A stretch of DNA of 64,000 nucleotides, from NCBI GenBank assembly GCA_044892525.1, contig CM097885.1:11720001-11784000 (forward strand). The letters are read 5' to 3'. This document shows, piece after piece, positions 25,522-36,065 of this stretch. The notes beneath the pieces are model-generated. The model was not told where the DNA came from and searched no databases. It saw only the letters and a program-made list of their open reading frames with translations. The translations under genes were made by a program, and so were the position numbers. This stretch comes from Schmidtea polychroa. Its lineage: Eukaryota. Numbering within the stretch: position 1 is the stretch's first letter; each line of letters begins with the position of its first letter.

Positions 25522-26742
25522 TTATACTAGCACGGTTCTATTTGCAGTAATTTGAACTTCATTTTCAAATACTCCATATATAATAACATGTACCGGTTCA
25601 GTAATGGCCTTTGCAAACTTTATATCCAGTCGTAAATTCCCGTTTTGTGGTAATTGACTCTGATTTAAATCAAAATCGGGAGCTAGAACAAATGTGAAAA
25701 ATGGGTATTTGCTTTTAAATTCTTCAAGAGTTATTCCACAATTCAAGTTTTTATCTAAATAACCCAGATTTCTAACAATACTCTGCATATATGTCGCACA
25801 GTAATTATCATTCTCGAAATCTTGAGTATATGTTTCTCTATAATCAGTATTTTTCGATAAAGTCAATGAAGTAACACCAAAATTTTTGAAAATTGAGCTG
25901 GAAGCAGTATACGATCCATTATATTGCGTTTCACTTTGAAATGTTACCAGAATAAAATTAGGCATTCTTCTGTCACCAAATATTTGTTCTTTATAGAATG
26001 ATGAAGCACCTTTAGCAATAGCAAATTGTACAATTTCCTTTGTTTTTAAAGGATAAATTGCATGTTTTGAATTAAGCCCCAATTGATGACCAGCTAATAC
26101 TGACGGGTCTACTCGAACTCTTCTCACCAATAATTTTGCATCAACTAATTGACATATTGGTGCACCAGTTGCACTAGTAAGAGACAATGCAGAATCAGAC
26201 CTTTTCAGTCTAATATGTATATTAACTCCCGGTAGTAAATATTTCGGTTGATCCATAAAATCAAGTTGTAATGATGAGCACATAGTGAATACTTTTGAGC
26301 CTTTAACCCACTTTTTTCTTTCATCATCACTGCCATAACCCATAGGTGTAAGACATGTATTTTTAGTATCAGAATTGTAATTTAAAATAGTTTCTATTAA
26401 TGCCTTGTGAATGAATGTATTATTTCCGCCCTCAATCTTGATATTATTAAATCCCAACACTGCATCTTTAAACAGAGTATGAAACATGAAATTGTTCGGT
26501 ATTACATCTGTATTGGCATCCAAAACCTTTCTATCTTTATCTACAACCTTGATCTGAACAGTCAATAAAGTATCGTTCAAATCTAAATATTCAGTTTGCG
26601 AACCATTAATATAAAACTCGATATCATTTCTACTATCAGTAATTGAATTCATAGGAAAAACTTCCTCAAAGGCACCAAATTCTATTACTGCCTGGGGCGA
26701 CGGTCTATCAAATATACATAATTCGGATTTACCACAAATCAT
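25522..26742 (-). CDS. Major capsid protein
   Basis: 406 aa; SEL.IF..P..Q, YLDL.DT.L, Q.KYLLPGV, G.LRLDIKF, QI...R.V Maverick capsid motifs. Confidence 0.9.
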   Translation of the reverse strand: MICGKSELCIFDRPSPQAVIEFGAFEEVFPMNSITDSRNDIEFYINGSQTEYLDLNDTLLTVQIKVVDKDRKVLDANTDVIPNNFMFHTLFKDAVLGFNNIKIEGGNNTFIHKALIETILNYNSDTKNTCLTPMGYGSDDERKKWVKGSKVFTMCSSLQLDFMDQPKYLLPGVNIHIRLKRSDSALSLTSATGAPICQLVDAKLLVRRVRVDPSVLAGHQLGLNSKHAIYPLKTKEIVQFAIAKGASSFYKEQIFGDRRMPNFILVTFQSETQYNGSYTASSSIFKNFGVTSLTLSKNTDYRETYTQDFENDNYCATYMQSIVRNLGYLDKNLNCGITLEEFKSKYPFFTFVLAPDFDLNQSQLPQNGNLRLDIKFAKAITEPVHVIIYGVFENEVQITANRTVLV

Positions 26743-27101
26743 TTTGCAAATATAGTTCCATGTCCTTTCATTCGTTTGTTTATACGCGATATTCCATGCC
26801 CTTTACGTTTTGGCGCTGGGACTGGAGGTGTATCTTTTTGAAACATACCAGCAACTCCAGGTAGAACCTTCCCTAACTCAGCTAAAGCATTTGTTTTTAG
26901 GGATGGTAATATTTTCTGTTCATTCATAATCACATCTTTTGCAGTTTTCATGCCAAAACTACCAATACGTTTAAGAATGGGAAGTGCAAATCTCCCTATT
27001 GTTTTTAACCAACCTGATCCATACTGTTTACCAATAAAATATGGTAATTCACCACCAGATTGGCTATCACTATACATACTAATAATATCGGAATTAGCCA
27101 T
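26739..27101 (-). CDS. Small basic core-like protein
   Basis: Q.GG...F.G.Q.G.G motif, amphipathic helix, K/R tail; position between penton and MCP. Confidence 0.75.
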   Translation of the reverse strand: MANSDIISMYSDSQSGGELPYFIGKQYGSGWLKTIGRFALPILKRIGSFGMKTAKDVIMNEQKILPSLKTNALAELGKVLPGVAGMFQKDTPPVPAPKRKGHGISRINKRMKGHGTIFAK

Positions 27102-28161
27102 CTACTTTACGAAAATGTAGTGTCAAATGAGTTTTTGAGTCTTTTGGGAAGTTTATAAGTTTTCCACTATCGTCACGAATATTTATTTCTATATTGTTTA
27201 TACATGAGCTTGAAATTGGTAAATACATGGGATTATCTATATTTATATTGACAACTTCATCATGTTCATATTTTCCAATCCACACCGATTTCAATAGAGG
27301 AACACTGGAATCACCAACTATTATAGGCTCAATAATATTAGTATATATGAACATTTGTTGATGATGTTCAAGTATTCTTGGTTTACGTATACCAGCCGAT
27401 TTTTCCCGATATTGCTGCTTCTCTAATCCAAGTGTATTTGTCAAATTTTTATCAAATGTAACTTCGCAAATGTCATCATTCAAACTGAAGGTAAATAACA
27501 ATTCTTTCACAATGTCCAAACTTTTAAATATGTGTGAACAATTATACTTTAAATATTTAAGTAACACATCAAGTTTATCAATATATAATTCGTCAGCGAA
27601 GGTGAATGATTCTTCAACTTCATTATTATACGACACTGAAATTTTGATTTCTTCTCTCATTACACTGTTTGCTTCAAATAGATCAAAGCGTAATAAATAT
27701 TCTGTTTCCATAACTTCATTTTTCAACTTATTGCAACCCATTCGTCTGGCATCTTCAATATATTCGAATGTTATTGTAAATGGTTTAAAATCACAACTGA
27801 TATTTAATCCATCCTTGTAAAACATAGTGCAATGCTGATCTAATATTTGATTCGGAATATGATATGTTTTATCATAATTACTGATAATAAAGATACCACT
27901 ACATGTTTTCATAGCATTCCTTTTGAAATCAATCTTACATTGACTATAAAATGGGAATGTATTGTACACGAATGTAAAATCTTGCAGTGCAACTTCCCAG
28001 TCACCATTTAAAGAAATCGGATTCTGGAGATTGACCATGAATTTACTGGCTTGATTATCTGGATGAATAAGCGGGCAACTATTGCTTGGTAAAATAGTAT
28101 AAAAATTCACTTTACTAGATCCTTTTCTGATATCCATGATGGGTTTTGATAACCATGCCAT
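27094..28161 (-). CDS. Minor capsid protein (penton)
   Basis: FY.ILPSNS, L.GDWEVAL, FIYTNIIEP..VGD..VPLL, IRDD.G..I.F, LHFR; exact start uncertain. Confidence 0.9.
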   Translation of the reverse strand: MAWLSKPIMDIRKGSSKVNFYTILPSNSCPLIHPDNQASKFMVNLQNPISLNGDWEVALQDFTFVYNTFPFYSQCKIDFKRNAMKTCSGIFIISNYDKTYHIPNQILDQHCTMFYKDGLNISCDFKPFTITFEYIEDARRMGCNKLKNEVMETEYLLRFDLFEANSVMREEIKISVSYNNEVEESFTFADELYIDKLDVLLKYLKYNCSHIFKSLDIVKELLFTFSLNDDICEVTFDKNLTNTLGLEKQQYREKSAGIRKPRILEHHQQMFIYTNIIEPIIVGDSSVPLLKSVWIGKYEHDEVVNINIDNPMYLPISSSCINNIEINIRDDSGKLINFPKDSKTHLTLHFRKVDG

Positions 28162-29162
28162 TTGACATAGTATTGTTTATCCTTGCCTTTATTTTTAGTT
28201 TTCAATATCTTCTGAATTCTAAATACTTTTGGGGGAGGAATAACTTGTAATTCTTGTTCATAAAATTTTCCTTGTACAATATTGTTATCATCGTCTTTGA
28301 TGACATACATTACAGGATTCTGTTTAGTATTTATTTTTGAAATTACAAAGACTTCATCACTCCAATTTGTATCGAAATTTTTAATAAATGGTGATGCACT
28401 AATTTTACTAATTCTAACATGGTCACCTACTTTATATTTCGGTTTTGTAATTTTTTCAGGTTTTTTAGAATAGATTGTTTTTGACGTGATATCAATCGGC
28501 CTTAATCCATTCAGTCCTTGATGTGATGAGTGATTATAACTGGTTATTATTTTTGGTAAAACCAATACCCATTTTTTATTACCTTGATGCATGAATAATT
28601 TCTTTAATCTATCTCTCAAAGTTCGGTTAAATCTTTCAACATGAGCAGCTTTGTATTGAGAATGTACTGAGTAATGGTTTATTTTCAATTTAATGAGGAT
28701 TTGCTTGACTTTACTGTTGTAGAATTCTTTACCTAAAATAATAATAATAATAATAAAAATAATAATATTAATACCTAAATCAGTTTGCAAGTTTTTAGGA
28801 TATCCGTCTTTAAATAAATGATTAACAGCTTTGGACATTTCATCTGCAGATTTTGCCTTGACGGGTATTGCTCGGGCAAACCGACTGAATACATCAATAC
28901 ATGTTAAAATATATTTATACCCATTGTTAATTTTCGAATAGGGTATCATCTCCATCAAATCCATTTGCCATAAATCATTTATTCCATATGTTTTATAAGC
29001 TCTTGTTGGGAATCGTTTCTGCATTGGTTTGTTCAAACTGTACGCAAGCTGGTCTGATAACCACTTCTGAGTTTCCTTTTTCGAATTCGGAACTCTTTTC
29101 CTTAATTTTGCCACTCCACCAAAACCGGCTTCGTCTTCCGGGTTCGTCCAAATCTTCTCCAT
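28107..29162 (-). CDS. rve integrase with C-terminal chromodomain (intron 28733-28774)
   Basis: WQMDL, IDVFSR, TDLG|KEFYN restored by removing a 42-nt GT-AG intron, VERFNRT, YYVKWHGY..PSW. Confidence 0.92.
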   Translation of the reverse strand: MEKIWTNPEDEAGFGGVAKLRKRVPNSKKETQKWLSDQLAYSLNKPMQKRFPTRAYKTYGINDLWQMDLMEMIPYSKINNGYKYILTCIDVFSRFARAIPVKAKSADEMSKAVNHLFKDGYPKNLQTDLGINIIIFIIIIIILGKEFYNSKVKQILIKLKINHYSVHSQYKAAHVERFNRTLRDRLKKLFMHQGNKKWVLVLPKIITSYNHSSHQGLNGLRPIDITSKTIYSKKPEKITKPKYKVGDHVRISKISASPFIKNFDTNWSDEVFVISKINTKQNPVMYVIKDDDNNIVQGKFYEQELQVIPPPKVFRIQKILKTKNKGKDKQYYVKWHGYQNPSWISEKDLVK

Positions 29163-29220
29163 TACAACAAGAAGATTTAATATTAAATTTAATGTCTGGT
29201 AATGAAGGATTAGCACCCAT
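28993..29220 (-). CDS. Overprinted small ORF with N-myristoylation signal
   Basis: MGANPS...SSCC; ATG 4 nt after the upstream stop; kept open in element 3 (47982). Confidence 0.5.
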   Translation of the reverse strand: MGANPSLPDIKFNIKSSCCNGEDLDEPGRRSRFWWSGKIKEKSSEFEKGNSEVVIRPACVQFEQTNAETIPNKSL

Positions 29221-29223
29221 TGT

Positions 29224-29712
29224 TTATGATCGACTTCCTATTATTCCACCTAATAATGATATTGCTAAAGGTATCAATGCACCGATAAATCCCCCTTGTT
29301 GTTTATATATAATTTTTCTCATTTGTTGACGATTTTTATTATTTACTAATGATAGCAAAGGTTTCCTATGTTTACTCAATAATTGCTTTTTAGATTTACT
29401 GATTTTAATCTTGCCTTTGACTACTTTAAGTATAATATCGAGTAAATCATCGACAACATAATTTGGAAAAGATTGCAAAATACTGTTTCTTTTCATACTT
29501 GGTGCCTTTAACAATGTATTGAAAAACGGGAAACTCCGATGATTTTTAACAACTTTTACTTTCTTAGTGGTTTTACTTTTTGGTTTAGGATTTTTCGAAA
29601 TAAGATTCATTGCAGGAAAATTTTCTGTAATAAGATCTTTAGATGGAGTATAACTAGTTGTTGGTGGAACTTTTGGTTGTTTTTTACCCGATATCCTTGT
29701 TTTTGAAAACAT
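29224..29712 (-). CDS. Basic core/membrane-active protein
   Basis: K-rich; ends Q.GGFIGALIPLAISLLGG, typical of Maverick proteins next to the ATPase. Confidence 0.75.
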   Translation of the reverse strand: MFSKTRISGKKQPKVPPTTSYTPSKDLITENFPAMNLISKNPKPKSKTTKKVKVVKNHRSFPFFNTLLKAPSMKRNSILQSFPNYVVDDLLDIILKVVKGKIKISKSKKQLLSKHRKPLLSLVNNKNRQQMRKIIYKQQGGFIGALIPLAISLLGGIIGSRS

Positions 29713-29725
29713 GATTTATATGTTT

Positions 29726-30364
29726 TCAACTTTGTTTTGAACTTTGTTTATATACCATGGCACCTTTTGGGTTGAAAATATCTGTTTTTACCCGTATATC
29801 ATCAGGGCATTGTTGTGTGAAATCGAGAAATATATACCCATGCGGTATTTTCGTGGCATCTTGAAATGCACTGATAAGAAAATTACGGTTATTAGGGTAT
29901 GCTTGTCGTCCAAGAAAATCAATGACAGTTGCATCTCTAGGATTCTTGAAAATAACTAAATATTGTACATTTAAATTACGTGTTCGATGTGCACCACCTT
30001 GATGAAATAGATTTTGTGTTATGAAAATAACTGTTACACCAACATGTCTGCTGATTTTTGTGAATAAATTATTAAAGTCCTTTTCTTTATTGGCTTCTTG
30101 ATACAAATCATCGATAATGATGACATCATCTTTCTTCAAACGACTTGACCAGTTTTTATCAAAGCCCTTTACTATTTTCATGTTTTTCAACTGACAGAAA
30201 CTTGATTGCGTCAATCCGTGTTCTTCGTCGGCGCCCCTATGCCAATAAATATTGTTGAATTTTGTTTTAAACAAATTTGATTTTAGTAATTTACAAACAA
30301 ATAAAGTTTTCCCGCTACCACTTGGACCAACGATTTGGTATACTGCATCATTTCGTAATTCCAT
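29726..30364 (-). CDS. DNA packaging ATPase
   Basis: GPSGSGKT, IIIDDL, SRH, ITQN, FKNPRD. Confidence 0.93.
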   Translation of the reverse strand: MELRNDAVYQIVGPSGSGKTLFVCKLLKSNLFKTKFNNIYWHRGADEEHGLTQSSFCQLKNMKIVKGFDKNWSSRLKKDDVIIIDDLYQEANKEKDFNNLFTKISRHVGVTVIFITQNLFHQGGAHRTRNLNVQYLVIFKNPRDATVIDFLGRQAYPNNRNFLISAFQDATKIPHGYIFLDFTQQCPDDIRVKTDIFNPKGAMVYKQSSKQS

Positions 30365-30469
30365 TTTTTAAAATTTAAACTATATAATTATTGTTTATAT
30401 TGATAATTTAAATGAACTCTGTTTTTAAATACCTATATATATCAAAGTTTTTAAAATTATTTCATTAAA

Positions 30470-30934
30470 ATGCTTTCAAATATAAATTACAGGGCAAAAA
30501 CTGATGTATCAAAAATGGTATTTCCAATAGGGAAACCACAACAACTTATCAATAGAAGTAATAAATATCCAATAATATATTTCAAAACTGGTAAATGTAG
30601 AATTATGGGGTGTAAGGAAATAATCAAAGCTAGTGAATATAATGTTTATGATTTAGAAATACAATCGATAACCGTAACTTCCGATATAGGTTTTTCTTGT
30701 AATTTAAATAAATTAGCTAAATTAATACCATGCTTTTATGAACCAGAATTATTTCCAGCTTTGAGATATATAAAATATAACCCTATGTGTGTAAATATAT
30801 TCGCTAGCGGTAAGATAGTAATTCTTGGAATAAAAAATATTGATTACAAAAGTATAGTTGATAATATCATATCTGAAATTAAATCAATAATTGAAGGAAA
30901 AGAATTTTTAGATTTTTTATTATCACTTAATTAA
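30470..30934 (+). CDS. TATA-binding-protein-like protein
   Basis: Two TBP half-repeats: IYFKTGKCRIMGCK and YEPELFPAL.Y...VNIFASGKIVILG.K. Confidence 0.85.
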   Translation: MLSNINYRAKTDVSKMVFPIGKPQQLINRSNKYPIIYFKTGKCRIMGCKEIIKASEYNVYDLEIQSITVTSDIGFSCNLNKLAKLIPCFYEPELFPALRYIKYNPMCVNIFASGKIVILGIKNIDYKSIVDNIISEIKSIIEGKEFLDFLLSLN

Positions 30935-31042
30935 TTATTTATCATTCAATTAAAACAAAAACATACTGCAATCTGATTGGATGATAAACAATAGTCATAG
31001 GTATAAAAACCCTGTACCATTTCATTTTAATCATAATTCACA

Positions 31043-31462
31043 ATGACCAAGAAAATTTCAAGCACTGAAAAACCAAAAGTAGTTCCAGAACTTGTACAAC
31101 CTGTTCAAATGTTCCACAACTACAAAATGTATTTTTTAAAAGAAGAAATCAATATGAAATTGGTGTCACCGATCAAGCTAATTCCTACCCAATTTCAATT
31201 CTTAACCGGCACGCTTTCAATGTTAGATATTAAAACCATAGATGATGTTTTCAAAAGGTTGAATACGAATCTATCATGCAATCAAAATGCATTTTTCAAC
31301 AACCGATATGCAAAATTTTATGATTCCTTTGATGAAATCAGTTTCAAAGAAAACGAAAATTGGTATATAACAATTACAATCCAAGGATATAAAGTTGATA
31401 ATAATGATGTGTATTCTCCAATTTGGAAAATTATGTCTGCTAGACTTTCACAGTTATTTTAA
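31043..31462 (+). CDS. Hypothetical protein conserved with element 3
   Basis: 139 aa, homologue at 45040-45459; ATTGG and TATAAAA upstream, AATAAA downstream. Confidence 0.75.
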   Translation: MTKKISSTEKPKVVPELVQPVQMFHNYKMYFLKEEINMKLVSPIKLIPTQFQFLTGTLSMLDIKTIDDVFKRLNTNLSCNQNAFFNNRYAKFYDSFDEISFKENENWYITITIQGYKVDNNDVYSPIWKIMSARLSQLF

Positions 31463-31558
31463 TGTTGTATTTAATAAATGTATTTAGTCATATTTGTTTT
31501 CGCTTATATTCTATATTTTCTATAAACAAATATATACTATAGTTTTAAAATACTAATA

Positions 31559-31917
31559 ATGACTACAGAAAAAGGTTAATATGATTAGTTAATTATTGAA
31601 TTATTTAATATTTAGAATTTATAATAAACTTTTTATTGGAAAAATTAGCAGAAATATCTGGTGTGAAAATGGCGGATATATTATCTGTTACAAACGCATT
31701 AAATATAGACTGGGTAGCAGAGAGTGAAGATTCGGAATTTGATGAAACAGATGAAGAAAACACTCAAGATGATGAGGAAAGCATTCAAGAAATTGATGAA
31801 CCTATGGAGGAATTTACGGATACTGAACCATGTGTATATAGGGATTGTATAGATCATGTTGTTGAAAATGTTATGAACTGTGGAGATGATGAATGTGAAT
31901 GTGTTAATAAATTTTAG
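31559..31917 (+). CDS. Acidic protein with Cys tail, two exons (intron 31575-31615)
   Basis: Splicing gives MTTEKEFIINFLLEKLAEISG...; the same intron position is present in element 3. Confidence 0.7.
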
Positions 31918-32007
31918 TGTATATTTAAAGAATAATATTTAGAATTTAGAAAGTTTTGTCTTGAATATTTTTACCAGTAACTTTGTGAGTAGTACATTTG
32001 TAACTTG

Positions 32008-32072
32008 TTGAATGTGAGTAGTACCTTTGCGAGCAGTACCCATAGGGGGACAGAATATCTTGTCGGATAGAT

Positions 32073-32142
<70 letters not shown>

Positions 32143-32143
32143 C

Positions 32144-32221
<78 letters not shown>

Positions 32222-33431
32222 CTTAGAAAATAATAATATGTAATCAACGATTTAAACAAAATTATATTATTACGTATTCTATAATTAAAACAGAAGAATT
32301 ATATAATCAATGATTTAAACAAATTATATAATCATCGATAATTAAAACAAAATTATTAATTCTAAAAATATTAGGCATCGTTCTAAAATTATGACGTAAT
32401 CGTTCTAAAAATAAGAGGCACCATTCTAAAAATATTTGGCATCGTTCTAAAAGTATGACGTAATCGCTCTAAAAATATTAGGCATCGTTCTAAAAGTATG
32501 ACGTAATCGCTCTAAAAATATTAGGCTTCGTTCTAAAAATATTAGACATCGATTACGTAATAGTTCTAAAAATATTAGGCATCATTCTAAAAATATTAGG
32601 CATCATTCTAAAAATATTAGACATCGATTACGTAATAGTTCTAAAAATATTAGGCATCATTCTAAAATTAAAAGGCATCGTTCTAAAAATAATAGGCATC
32701 GTTCTAAAAATATTAGGCATCGTTCTAAAAATATGACGTAATCAATCTAAAAATATTAGACATCATTCTAAAAATAATAGGCATCGTTCTAAAAGTATGA
32801 CGTAATCATTCTAAAAATATTAGGCACCATTCTAAAAATAATAGACATCGTTCTAAAATTATGACGTAATCATTCTAAAAATATTAGGCATCGTTCTAAA
32901 AATATGACGAGTCATTGTCTTTGTTTTAAAAATGTGATGAGTCATCATATTATAGAAATCTATATCTCCTTAGAAAGGTCTTGCACAGAGCTTTAAAATA
33001 AGCTATCGATCAATATAATATGTTGGCGGGAACATTAATCTTTGGGATGACAAAAAGTAGGTCCCCTCTGGATCACTTAATAATATTTTGACAAATAATA
33101 ATAATTTAACTTTAAAAGATGGTGGTCATTAAATGTTAATAACATTAAAACTATTAAAGATATATATGATACCTATAGCTCATTCGAAAGGTCTTGGACT
33201 GAGCTTTAAGATGAGGTATCGGTCAATAAAATCTGTTGGCAGGAACATTAATTTTTGGGAAGAAAAAAAGTAGGTCCCCTCTGGATCACTTAATTAAAAC
33301 AAAAAATTTAATTAAAAAAAAATAAATGACCTTGACCTTTTATTTAAAAAAAAAAATTTTTTCCCCGGGGGGGGGAGGGGGTATATGTGATCTGGAGGGG
33401 ACATGATCTGGATGGCCCACATCCTACTACT
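32008..33431 (-). repeat. Right TIR of element 2
   Basis: Outer ~550 bp almost identical to the left TIR; array and AAT lengths differ. Confidence 0.9.
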
Positions 33432-34682
33432 TTTAATCATAGAGTTTTTAGTTGTTGAATAATGAAGACATCTTTTACATGTTCCTCCTCCACTAGTTGG
33501 ATTCTCTGGTGATGTAAAAGCTTGAAAGTTTTTTATTAAAACATAATGTTGATTATTTTGTTGTTCCAAGATTAAAAGATATATCTCCCTAGTGTTATCC
33601 TGGGGTTCGTTATCTCTAACTTCATAATCTGAAATATAAATTGGAATAATTTCTCTGCTATTAACATGTTTCCCTTTAACACGTTCATAAATATTAATTT
33701 TAAGATTATTTAAACTTTCAAATTTTGGAATGTCTTCTAGTTTCATTGGATGTTTGAATCCTTTGGGAAATATTAATTCATTTTCATATTGTTTGTATTT
33801 TGAAACTCTTTGAGGGTTTGATTCTTGAGGGTGTAAATGTGCAAGTATTGACCAGACTAAACATTTGTTATCATTATTCTGTATGTTTATAACATTTTTA
33901 GATTTAAAGGGTGTAGGAATATAAGATTTAGGATTAGATGGTAATCCTCTCCAATAATCAATCACTAAAGTTTGGAAAGAGTTGAATACTAAGTTTGAAT
34001 CTCCTAATTCATTTTCAACCTCTTCTTGTTTTGCTTCTACTGCTTGAATTATTTCTTTGATGGTTTTATCAAATCCTTTAGTTGAAAATAAATATTTAAA
34101 GGGTATTCCAATTTCAACATCTAAAGGTGTTGTCTTTTCTTCTGCTCCTCGCCAGTATTTTGCTTTGATTATAATTTTATATTTTATAACATTATACCTT
34201 GTCGGTTTTTAATTTTTTAAAGCTTCAGTGAAAGAATTTTTAATATTTTTTTTATTTTTATTTATATATTCTCCAGGAGTTATAGGTCCATTGATTTCTA
34301 ATTGAAATTCATCTACATGATTAAAATCATCCCAGTTATATTTTTCTCTTTCAACATGATCAGGTTCTCCTTTTGAATGACATTCCTCATCGTCAGAATT
34401 TTGTTTTTTATTTTTACATTCTTTTATATGTTCTAAATAATAGAAATTTACTTTTGTTGAAAAGTTACAGTGAGAACATGTAAATATTTCTCTATTTTTC
34501 CCGATACAATTTTCAAAATGTTTATTATATCCAGAATGTAGAAATCTTCCTTTACATTTAGGACAAAGTTTTGAATTTGTATCATTAAGATTATTTTCTT
34601 TTAATAAATGAGCTTTCGATTTTAAGTGAGAAATCAATCCAGTTTTATTTTTAAAAACTTTATTACAAATATTACAATTCAT
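33432..34682 (-). pseudogene. pPolB of element 1, N-terminal part
   Basis: Zn fingers (CNICNK...HLKSKAH), in-frame TAA 34209-34211, NIQNNDNKCLVWSI, HYVLIK, CKRCL; joins in frame to 19545 after removing element 2. Confidence 0.9.
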
Positions 34683-34794
34683 TTTTAGAAAAATATTTTT
34701 ATTGGATACCCTGTTTTGATTTTTTATGATGTTTTTATATTTATTTTCATAATGTGACAGTATAATTTTTAGATTTTTATAACAAAAATCCAAA

Positions 34795-34875
34795 GCCCGA
34801 TAGCGCAGTGGGCTAGACTGGCACAGTGGTTCAAATAGATAGCGGTTCAAATCCTAACTACGATTAGTTTTTTTT
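34795..34875 (+). ncRNA. tRNA-like Pol III cassette 3
   Basis: A box TAGCGCAGTGG 34801, B box GGTTCAAATCC 34844 (second GGTTCAAAT at 34828), T8 terminator 34868-34875. Confidence 0.6.
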
Positions 34876-36065
34876 CAACATAAAATAATATTAAAAATTT
34901 GAAAATAATATTGAAAATGATGTGGGTATCTTAGATTTATAAAGTAGTTGTATATTTTATTTTATTTATTTTATTTTTTTATTAATTAATTAATTTTTAA
35001 ACATAAATATGAAAAAAAAATTATTGAAACGGGTGATGGTGGCGAACCGGTAATTATCGCCACCTGTCTTTCGAACACCCCCGGATCGAATTTTTAATGT
35101 GCACATTTATTTCTCAGTTGTTTTCGGACCTCTTTCGGATTCACTTTCGAATTCATTTGTACTTTCGAGCAGCACGCTTAAAACGCCGATGAAATCGTAT
35201 TCGAGCGAGAAGCGAATAATAAGGTGTGCTGCTATTATCGGATTGATTCTGATGTATGAGTCTGGCCAGCTTGTATATTAGAAGAGATTTGATAAACGAA
35301 AGAGGTTGAAATGATCCGGATCAAAAAAACTGTTGAGGGGACAGTGAAAAAAAAATACCACTGTCCCCTCAGAGCAGTTTTACTATTTTTCATTTATTTT
35401 TTAATTTATATAATTTAAAATCAATAATCTGATAAAGATCAACTCCGGAGTTTGATTGATCCCAAATAGCCCTCTAACTTTTTCATAATGCCATTTTCTT
35501 TTCTATTCTCTTTTTAGTTTGAAGCTTTTGAGTTTGAGGCTTTAAAGATTAAGGGTGGTTGTTGTTTAAAATATGGGGTTAAAATACTATAAAAGCATAG
35601 GTTTTATGTTGTTTTTCTAATGGTTTAAGCGTAATGGAGGTATGTTTTTGTTGGGAGGGCTGTTTGGGTTGGGTATATATACACACTACTAGGAGGGGTT
35701 TTAATTGAAACTAATATTAATATAATTTTACCTTATTTTTAATAAGAGGGTAACGGTAGTGTATATTAAATACTTTTAGGATAAAAAAAAATTAAAAAGT
35801 CCAAACCACCTTCAAATTCTTAAGTTCTTATCGTAAAGAATATATATTTTTCAATGTTGCTAGTTATTTCATTTTTTTATAAAATATGGAATTTTGTATG
35901 TGGAAATTTCATATTAGTGTTTTAATGGAGGACATTGTGAATAATTTAGTGTAGTATTTGTCAATTGGTTCTTGTGCTGGACAAAGCAATTAGACCGCTA
36001 TTGGCTGAGAGATAAGCCAATTAACTGAATGATAAAATATTGATGTCAATGAAAGTGGATACATC

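Larger units (their letters stand above)
19552..33431. mobile_element. Polinton/Maverick element 2, complete ends, no pPolB detected
   Basis: Termini AGTAGTAGGATGTGGG...CCCACATCCTACTACT; TSD TTTAAT at 19546-19551 and 33432-33437. Confidence 0.95.
7689..35690. mobile_element. Polinton/Maverick element 1 (decayed, rearranged, interrupted by element 2)
   Basis: Full gene set (pPolB, rve integrase, ATPase, protease, MCP, penton). Right end ...ACTACT at 35690 followed by AGGAGG; AGGAGG also at 7683-7688 where element sequence begins; left TIR absent, so boundaries are less certain than identity. Confidence 0.8.
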
